DNA of 64,000 nucleotides from Candidatus Poribacteria bacterium (GTDB lineage Bacteria; Poribacteria; WGA-4E; JAJDTR01): NCBI GenBank assembly GCA_965222225.1, contig CBDCTK010000002.1, positions 128,001 to 192,000 of the forward strand, read 5' to 3'. Shown piece by piece: positions 51,925 to 59,482 of this stretch (position 1 is its first letter; each line of letters starts with the position of its first letter). The notes under the pieces were generated by a model. It saw only the letters and a program-made list of their open reading frames with translations, ran no database searches and was not told where the DNA came from. The position numbers and the translations under genes were made by a program.

Positions 51925-52784
51925 GTGAATAAAATCAGCCCATTTTTGAGAAGATGCCTATTGCTACTACCATTGGCGTTAATGGTTGCGTCAGACAGCA
52001 CAGCGCAGGGATTCGAACAGAGAATCGTCTTTGAATCGAACCGCGATGGCGATTGGGACATTTACTCCATGGACGTGAACGGAAACAATCTCGTCCAACT
52101 CACCGACCACCCGGCACTTGATGGGTATCCAGCCTGCTCGCCTGATGGGAGAAGGATAGCGTTCGCATCAGAGCGTGGCGTTACACATGACCTGTATGTG
52201 ATGGACAGCGACGGCAAAAATGTGGTAAGACTCACCCGGGACAATTTTTTAGAAGGCCGCCCTAGTTGGACGCCAGATGGAAGCAAGATTGCGGTTGCCT
52301 CCTACCGTGATGGCGGCTTCAATACTCCCCATCATATTTTCGTGATGAATGCAGATGGAAAGGAAAGGCGCAATCTCACCGGCGACACCCACCTAACGCA
52401 CAATTGGGCTCCTACTTGGTCGCCAGACGGACGCAAGATTGCTTTCGACTCGCGGCGCCACTTCCCCCCCCCGCTGACTCGCGCGATGACATTTTCGTGA
52501 TGACCGCTGACGGGAAAGAGTTGGAGCAGCTTACGGAAGACGGTGCCAGCAGGTCACCAGTCTATTCGCCGGATGGTACAAAAATCGCCTATGTGTTGCA
52601 CCGCGGCAGAGATAATAATATTTATTTGATGGACACCAACGGGATGAACGCGGTCAAACTCACGAGAACTCCTCATGGCACTGATAACATATCTCCTTCC
52701 TGGCTGCCTGGCGCATTTGCAGTCACCCCAAACGAAAAGATGCCGATATCTTGGGGAGTTCTCAAACGTACCGGCAACCGGTGA
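51925..52784 (+). pseudogene. PD40/TolB-like protein, type B copy 1, frameshifted at C9 run (52464-52472)
   Basis: Two ORFs join into a paralog of 55587-56423; tail FAVTPNEKMPISWGVLK. Confidence 0.85.
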
Positions 52785-52827
52785 TGATGTCAATGAACTC
52801 GGTGCCGACACCTAAACACAAGCTATA

Positions 52828-52985
52828 GAATTGAACTTTGAGAACCGGATCGTTTTATGTGATGACGTTACGTGCCAATGTGAAGACGAAAGATCTGGCA
52901 AAGTTCTTCGAAAAGAGAGGGGAGTTGTCCAAGTTGTCTTGAATTGGAAATCTTGGCGGGCTACGAGGATCGGGCAGGATTTTTC
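52828..52985. repeat. Intergenic spacer element, copy 1 of 3 (others ~55348-55494 and ~56467-56553)
   Basis: Shared GATCGTTTTAYGT..GAYGTTRCG..ATGYGAA; first two copies also share CCAAGTTGTCTTGAA and GATCGGGC. Confidence 0.75.
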
Positions 52986-53327
52986 GTGACGGAATAATTG
53001 GGAACCCCCCGAGGTGCCCTCGGAGCAATCCTCTGCCTTGTGGGCACCGAAAGGGTTGATATCCGGGAGGCGTGTACTGAACTTGCCTAGATTGAAGCCA
53101 ATTGGACGTGGCAATTGATCTGAAGAGTAATACCATTTCTCTAGAATGCAAGTGCATCAATTACCTGCATCAAGTTAAGAAACTTCTGTCGTAAGAAACC
53201 TTGTGTCCACGTAAAGTAGGCGAACGATATAATTGAGACATTATATGCACCATTATTCAAGCGAAATGGAATAAGAACCCCGGGAAAACTATAACCGACA
53301 AATGAGTCGTGAACTGTCATGGATTCA

Positions 53328-53529
53328 AGTGAAACGTTAGTTTTGGAGTGAACCACTTGAAAACCGATTCAGCAGGTGGTGGAATGCCTCTCAACAGATT
53401 CATTCACAGCGAAAGAAACGTTAGAACGACTTCATTCCGGCTTGCCTGTATCGGGCTAAAAAGCCGGCTGAAGAACTCCTCGGACGGTAGTTGACGAGGG
53501 AGTTATCCTATGAAAGGAGGTAAAGCCTT
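53328..53529 (+). promoter_or_regulatory. Conserved structured 5' leader of Cys-rich peptide gene 1
   Basis: Near-identical to 56574-56777; hairpin CCGGCTT-GCCTG-TAT-CGGGC-TAAA-AAGCCGG, second stem AACTCC..GGAGTT, SD AGGAGGT. Confidence 0.7.
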
Positions 53530-53819
53530 ATGAGAAGCCATTTGAAGCGCATAGCCCGACAGAAAGTGTCGGACTTCCTTCTCCGTGAAGAGGGGATGGT
53601 GGGGAATAGGAGTGCCTTTGCAACAGCGGCGTTGGTTAGTACCACTGCTCTGGCAATGGCTCTACTTGTTAGTCCGGACACCGAGGCCCATCTTTGCAAA
53701 GAGAATTGCGGCCCTCACGGAACCTGTGTCTACTGCGGGCCCAGCGAAAAATGTTGCGTCAGGGGCCAGTGGCCATTTGAAGATTTTTTTTTTGCAGAGA
53801 TCTCGACGAGAATTGTTAG
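53530..53819 (+). CDS. Cys-rich precursor-like peptide 1 (probable slip in T10 run; as-read frame ends at 53829)
   Basis: Strong SD; leader 42/50 identical to 56778 ORF; shifted frame after the T run reads CRDLDENC* and matches the FCR..C of the paralog. Confidence 0.85.
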
Positions 53820-54304
53820 TCAAATTTAGCACATAGGTCATCCCGAATTATTCAAAATCCTGTTGTTTATTCATGTCACGTTTTTACCCTTGTCAGCCAT
53901 CAATTGGCAATCTGGCAATTAAGCGCTCAAACCATAGGCACGTGAGTTTGCCCCGCTGACCGGTTTGTTCCTTATTTGCCGATTTGCAGGTGCGATGAGA
54001 GGGGGTTGGCATTTGTTAATGTGCACGGAGATTGATAATTTGGGATGACTTATGCTTTAGATTCTCATCATTGCGACATATAAGGAAAAGCCTCGTAAGT
54101 CCGATGCCTGTTGGTTGCTTATTTTTTGTGAGAATCAAATCGGGGAATTAACTCCTCCGGTTTGTGCCGCAATCGGTTGGTTTTTTTGTCAATCCAAAAT
54201 TGCGCGGTATAATCATCAATTTTGATGATTTTCTCAATCCATTCGCGCGCTTTTTGATAATATTGAGCCCGAAACTAACATAAAACTTAAGAGGAGGTAG
54301 AAAA

Positions 54305-55303
54305 ATGCGATTCAAGCTGATACCCGGATGGCTGCTGTTTGCAGGGCTGTGCGTCTGTCTGACGAGTGGGGAGATGTGGTTGAAAAACGCACGCGCCGAA
54401 CACCACAAACCACAGATTGTATTCTCTTCTACCAGAGATGGGAAATCGGAGATTTATGTGATGGACAGCGACGGGAAAAACCATAGAAGATTAACAGCAA
54501 ATCAAGAATACAACTTCCGTCCGGCATGGTCTCCTGACGGGACGAAGATTGCATTCGTTTCCAACCGAAACGGAGGGTTCATTCAAATCTACGTCATGGA
54601 CGCCGATGGAAAGAATCCGATTAGACTCACAAACACCGTCAAAGACGATTATCCGTCGTGGTCTCCCGACGGGACAAAGATCGCGTTCTCCTCAAGTCCA
54701 GATGGGGAGATGATAGTTCATATCGCCGTGATGGATGCTGATGGAAGGAATCGTGTAAAGCTTGAAGGCCACGCGACACAGCCGTCATGGTCTCCGGATG
54801 GGCAACGGTTGCATTTGTATCTTTCCGAGATGGGAGGAGAGAAATTTACGTGATGGGGATAGGCGCTGACAAACGGGGCCGTAAAAGGAAAAGGTTGACG
54901 CACGATTTACGGGCTAAAGGCAGACCATCGTGGTCGCCCGACGGGGGACGGATTGTATACTGGGGCGCGGACGAAGGAAAATTTGGATTCTTTCAAATCT
55001 ATGTGATTGGGGCGGATGGTAGAAATCGCAAGAGGCTTACGCACAATCGAGAGAATAATTGGCTACCCGCATGGTCTGCTGATGGACGAACGATAGCCTA
55101 TGTGTCGGCCGGTGATGGTCGCCTCATTGGAACGATTCACTTGATGACCGCTGATGGAAAATACCTCAAGCAACTTAGCGATGTCCACAATGGTGGGGAT
55201 TATGAGCCCCACCATTGGCCCCGTAGGACTGGCTGTGTCCCCCGCTTCCAAAACTACCACAATTTGGGGCAGGTTGAAGAAACTCGCGCCCAACCTCCGT
55301 TAA
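54305..55303 (+). pseudogene. PD40/TolB-like protein, type A copy 2, with two frameshifts (~54810, ~55210)
   Basis: MRFKL signal peptide paralogous to 50662; PD40 repeats continue across frames; third segment gives GLAVSPASKTTTIWGRLKKLAPNLR*. Confidence 0.85.
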
Positions 55304-55586
55304 TTTGTGTCTACCTTGCTGGGCTCTGACGACTGGCCAAGGATAATTGATTAAACTATGAGAGCCAGATCGTTTTACGTCATGACGTTGCGCGCCTATG
55401 CGAAAGACAAAGACTTGGCAGGGATCGTGGAAAAGAGTGAGGAGTCGCCCAAGTTGTCTTGAAGTGGGGACCACGGTGATCGGGCGGGAATTTTCTCTGT
55501 CTGATGAGTATTCGGTTTACAAGTCATTGCGCAAGAATTATAGAATACTCTAAAAGTGTAGAACCCGATAAAGGGGAATATGACCG

Positions 55587-56423
55587 ATGGATAAAATCAG
55601 CCCATTTTTGAGAAGATGCCTATTGCTACTACCATTGGCGTTAATGGTTGCTTCGGACAGCACAGCACAGAGATTCGAACAGAGAATCGTCTTTGCATCA
55701 AACCGCGATGGCGATTGGGACATTTACTCCATGGACGTAAACGGAGACAATCTTGTCCAACTCACCGACCACCCGGCATCCGATAAATATCCCGCTTGCT
55801 CGCCGGATGGGAGAAGGATTGCGTTCACCTCAGAACGTGGCGTTACACATGACCTGTATGTGATGGACAGCGATGGCAACAACGTGATCAGACTTACCCA
55901 TGACAATTTTTTTGAAAGCCGCCCTAGTTGGTCGCCGGATGGCACGAAGATTGCCTTTTCATCTGCCCGTCGGGCCGTCCGCAACTCGGAAATCTACGCG
56001 ATGGACGCCAATGGAGAAAATGAGATAAATTTGACAGAACACAAGATGCACGATATTGTACCGAGTTGGTCGCCAGATGGCAAGAAGATTGTTTTCGACT
56101 CGCGGCGCCTCTTCGAGGGTGCCCACATTTACGTCATTACCGCTGAAGGGGAAAATTTAGAGAGGCTTACGGAAGAGGGTAACCACGGCACGTCACCAGT
56201 CTATGTTCTGGATGGGAGAAAAATCGCCTATGTGTCACGCCGTGGCGGTGATTATAATATTTATTTGATGGACACCAACGGGAGGAACGTGGTCAAACTC
56301 ACGAGAACTCCTCCCGGTATTGATAACATACTTCCCTCTTGGCTGCCCGGTGCATTTGCAGTCAACCCAAACGGAAAGTTGCCGATATCTTGGGGAGTTC
56401 TCAAATGGACCGGCAACCCGTGA
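55587..56423 (+). CDS. Secreted PD40/TolB-like protein, type B copy 2
   Basis: Signal peptide ..DSTA; PD40 repeats; tail FAVNPNGKLPISWGVLK. Confidence 0.9.
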   Translation: MDKISPFLRRCLLLLPLALMVASDSTAQRFEQRIVFASNRDGDWDIYSMDVNGDNLVQLTDHPASDKYPACSPDGRRIAFTSERGVTHDLYVMDSDGNNVIRLTHDNFFESRPSWSPDGTKIAFSSARRAVRNSEIYAMDANGENEINLTEHKMHDIVPSWSPDGKKIVFDSRRLFEGAHIYVITAEGENLERLTEEGNHGTSPVYVLDGRKIAYVSRRGGDYNIYLMDTNGRNVVKLTRTPPGIDNILPSWLPGAFAVNPNGKLPISWGVLKWTGNP

Positions 56424-56573
56424 TGATGTCAATGAACTCGGCGCCGACACCCAAACACGAGTCATAGAATTGAACTCTGAGAAGCGGATCGTTTTATGTG
56501 GTGATGTTGCGCACCGATGCGAAGAAAAAAGGCTTGACAAAGTTCTTTGGAGGATGAAAGTTTTGAAGGGTTC

Positions 56574-56777
56574 AGTGAAACGTTGATTTTGGAGTATATG
56601 ACTTGGAGGCAGATTCAGCAGGTGGGGAATGTCTTGCAACGGATTCGTTCACAGCGAAAGAAACGTTAGAACGACTTTATTCCGGCTTGCCTGTATCGGG
56701 CTAAAAAGCCGGCTGAAGAACTCCTCGGTTGGTAGCTGACCAAGGGGAGTAATCCTTATGTAAGGAGGTAAAGCCTA
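56574..56777 (+). promoter_or_regulatory. Conserved structured 5' leader of Cys-rich peptide gene 2
   Basis: Identical hairpin at 56682-56712; second stem ACTCC..GGTTGG-TAG-CTGACC..GGAGT; SD AGGAGGT. Confidence 0.7.
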
Positions 56778-57050
56778 ATGAGAAGCCATTTGAGGTCAAT
56801 GGCAAAGCGGAAAGTGTCGGACTTTCTTCTCCGTGAAGAGGGAATGGTCGGCAACCGCAGCGCCTTTGCCACGGCGGCATTGGTTAGTACGACCGCTCTG
56901 TCAATGACGTTGCTTGTTGCTCCAGACGCCAAAACCGCCTGGTGCCCTGGCGTGAATTGCCCCAATAACTCGTGGTGTTGTTGGGATGGCGGGGGACACT
57001 ATTTCTGCCGGGCGCTGGGGGGGGTAGCTGGCTATAGGTGCTGGCAGTAG
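56778..57050 (+). CDS. Cys-rich precursor-like peptide 2 (6 Cys, C-C-CC-C-C)
   Basis: Strong SD; conserved leader; core WCPGVNCPNNSWCCWDGGGHYFCRALGGVAGYRCWQ; tandem stops TAG TAA. Confidence 0.88.
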   Translation: MRSHLRSMAKRKVSDFLLREEGMVGNRSAFATAALVSTTALSMTLLVAPDAKTAWCPGVNCPNNSWCCWDGGGHYFCRALGGVAGYRCWQ

Positions 57051-57064
57051 TAACCTTGAACGCA

Positions 57065-57100
57065 GCAGGCAAATCAGGGGATTTCCCCTGATTTGCCTGC
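57065..57100. terminator. Perfect 16-bp hairpin 3' of peptide gene 2 (terminator or mRNA stabiliser)
   Basis: GCAGGCAAATCAGGGG-ATTT-CCCCTGATTTGCCTGC; no U-tract. Confidence 0.6.
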
Positions 57101-57131
57101 CTTAAAAAGATAGAGGCATTATTAGCGAAAA

Positions 57132-58142
57132 ATGAAATTCGAATCCATTAAGACGACTCTTCCCATCCTAAAGAACAGTTTGTATTTTTTGGTGACTGGT
57201 TTGGTGTTCGCGTCGTTAAACTCGGTACGGGCCGTTGGGGACACGATTGCTTTCAGTTCAAAGGGGAATATCTACACCATGAACACTGATGGGACAAATC
57301 TCATCAAACTTACTCAGGGCAGTAACCCCTCTTGGTCGCCAGATGGGACAAAGATCGTGTTTTACTTCGGTCTCGGCAGATTTCTCGGTGACGTCGCCGA
57401 CATTTTTGTCATTGACGCCAACGGCGCGAACCGCGTGAATCTCACCCAAGGACGCCACAAAGGTAACTATATGCCTGCTTGGTCGCCCGACGGTACAAAG
57501 ATAGCTTTTGTTTCCGACCGTGATGACAATAAAGAAATCTATGTGATGAACGCCGACGGGAAGAATCTCAAAAACCTTACCCTGCACCTAGATTACGATA
57601 CTTGCCCGACTTGGGCACCGGATGGGACAAAGATTGCCTTTTGGTCAAGGCAAGTCGCCGGGGAAATACAAATGCTTTCGGATATATTTGTCATGGATGC
57701 CGATGGCACCAATCGGACCAATATTACCCAAAATCCCCGCGCATCCAATAGGACGCCTAGTTGGTCGCTGGACGGAAACAAAATTGCTTTTGCAGCATTG
57801 TCAAATGTCGATCGTGTTGAGCCCTGGAACGCTAACTCGGACATCTTTGTAATGAATGCCGACGGAACAAATCCCATCAGGCTCACTGAAGATGCACGTA
57901 TCAATTGGTTCCCTAGTTGGTCACCGGATGGCAAAAGGATTGCCTTTGAGCGAGCAACACACGAAGACGATCCCACTACCACCGACATCTATTTGATAAA
58001 CGCAGATGGAACCGGTCTTGTAAACCTCACCCAAACCCCTGGTGTGGGCGAGTGGGACCCTTCTTGGAAACCTACTCCGTTTTCGGTATCATCACGCGGC
58101 AAATTGCCAACCCGGTGGGCGGAGGTCAAAGAAAGCCGCTAG
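57132..58142 (+). CDS. Secreted PD40/TolB-like beta-propeller protein, type C
   Basis: Signal peptide ..VRA; about six PxWSPDGxKIAF repeats; tail FSVSSRGKLPTRWAEVK. Confidence 0.9.
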   Translation: MKFESIKTTLPILKNSLYFLVTGLVFASLNSVRAVGDTIAFSSKGNIYTMNTDGTNLIKLTQGSNPSWSPDGTKIVFYFGLGRFLGDVADIFVIDANGANRVNLTQGRHKGNYMPAWSPDGTKIAFVSDRDDNKEIYVMNADGKNLKNLTLHLDYDTCPTWAPDGTKIAFWSRQVAGEIQMLSDIFVMDADGTNRTNITQNPRASNRTPSWSLDGNKIAFAALSNVDRVEPWNANSDIFVMNADGTNPIRLTEDARINWFPSWSPDGKRIAFERATHEDDPTTTDIYLINADGTGLVNLTQTPGVGEWDPSWKPTPFSVSSRGKLPTRWAEVKESR

Positions 58143-58296
58143 ATCAAGTTAGCGCGAAGAAAATTGCAACTGCACGCGAATCAACCGAGGCAAAAGTCAA
58201 TACTCTTCAACTACTTAGACGATCGCAAAACAAAGAGAACCGCAACTTGGCGGGCAGATCTGCACTGGAAGTTGCATGTTAGAGGTATTTACCAAA

Positions 58297-59220
58297 TTAC
58301 TCTCTAGTAATCTCCATTGTTTCCTGGAGGTTTTTGATTCCCGTGGTCGTTCCGATTTCCGTTACGCATGCCGCACCAGTTGCCGAGGCGAGTTTGATCG
58401 TGTGTTTCAAGTCCCACCCCATCACGATTCCCGCGAGGAATCCTGCAACGTATGCATCCCCAGCCCCTGTAGCATCAACAACGTTGACCTGATAGGATGG
58501 AGCGTAGATTTCCTCCGTGACGGTACGGACGTAGCTTCCGCGTTTTCCCATTTTCAATCCGACGATTTGAATCCCATAATCCATCAGGAATTTCGCAATC
58601 TCGGGCGGTGAATCAAGACCGGTGAGCTGTTTCGCTTCTTCGATGCTAGGCAAAAATACATCGACGTGCGGCAAGCAAGGCTCCAACGTTTTCAACCAGT
58701 TCCCCGTTGCGTCCCAGACGGTGTCCAGAGATGTCATCACGCCCGCGTCTTTGGCATGGCGTAGGATGCGTGCCGTCGGTTCACCATCCAATTTCGGCAT
58801 TACAAAGGAGCCGGCAACATGCAAGATTTTGCACGACCGAATCAAATCCAAATTGATATCATTCTCCGATAAGACACCGTTCGTTCCCATATAATGTAGG
58901 AAACTCCGTTCACCGTCGGACGCGACAGCGACAAATGTAACCGGCGTGTTGGTTTCGGCATCGCGCATCATTGCGCGCGTATCGACCCGATTGTTATCCA
59001 AAATCTGTAGCACAAAGTCGCCGAATTTATCTGTACCAATCCTGCCCATTGCTCCCACATTGATACCTAGCTTGGCAAGCGTAATCGCCGTATTATTCGC
59101 GCAGCCGCCCGAGTGCATTTCGAGTTCATCGAACACTATCAATCTGCCCTTTTCCGGAAATCGATCGATAGGGTAGCCAATCACATCAACCACGAAAATA
59201 CCGAGAGATATAACATCCAT
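58297..59220 (-). CDS. PfkB-family carbohydrate kinase
   Basis: GGCANNTA, GTDKFG, DATGAGDAYVAGF. Confidence 0.93.
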   Translation of the reverse strand: MDVISLGIFVVDVIGYPIDRFPEKGRLIVFDELEMHSGGCANNTAITLAKLGINVGAMGRIGTDKFGDFVLQILDNNRVDTRAMMRDAETNTPVTFVAVASDGERSFLHYMGTNGVLSENDINLDLIRSCKILHVAGSFVMPKLDGEPTARILRHAKDAGVMTSLDTVWDATGNWLKTLEPCLPHVDVFLPSIEEAKQLTGLDSPPEIAKFLMDYGIQIVGLKMGKRGSYVRTVTEEIYAPSYQVNVVDATGAGDAYVAGFLAGIVMGWDLKHTIKLASATGAACVTEIGTTTGIKNLQETMEITRE

Positions 59221-59482
59221 CCATTCACCTCATATCATAAGTATGCCGCGAAACAGTGGGTGCTTTGTGCTACGCGATGCGTTTTGTTTCCGTATTTGGT
59301 TTAGTCGTTGGTTGCTATTCTACTGATTCGATCATGCCAAGAAAGGGTGTTATCTAGAATTTCAATCCTATTGTGGCGTAGAATTGTCTCTGAGCGGGTG
59401 TATATGGTTCCCCTGTTACCACGCGACAAGAATGAATCGGGCGCGCAACATAACAAGTGAGACCAACGGAGGTGATTACGGC

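Noticed and set aside
52990-53327. Extra ~340-nt segment upstream of peptide 1 that is absent before peptide 2
   Set aside because: No TIRs, TSD or convincing ORF (the 53141-53356 minus ORF has no motif); cannot be assigned.
53400-53520. c-di-GMP-I or other known riboswitch
   Set aside because: Lacks the GCAAA..GAAA tetraloop/receptor pattern and other signatures I can recognise; kept only as an unclassified candidate.
53605-53625. Tat signal in the peptide leader (NRSAFAT vs SRRxFLK)
   Set aside because: Only one Arg in both copies, so the twin-arginine motif is not met.
56623-56638. Sigma54-like TGGGGAATGTCTTGCA upstream of peptide 2
   Set aside because: GG-N10-GC spacing is present but is not conserved in the paralogous leader of peptide 1.
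50662-58142. Classical RiPP biosynthetic gene cluster
   Set aside because: No radical SAM, YcaO, LanB/C/M, C39 transporter or protease gene lies near the peptides, and there is no double-glycine site at the leader/core junction. Maturation in trans remains possible.
50662-58142. CRISPR array or true tolB genes
   Set aside because: The recurring TGGTCNCCNGAYGG units are coding PD40 repeats with no constant repeat-spacer pattern; no tolQRA/pal context and no TolB N-terminal domain.
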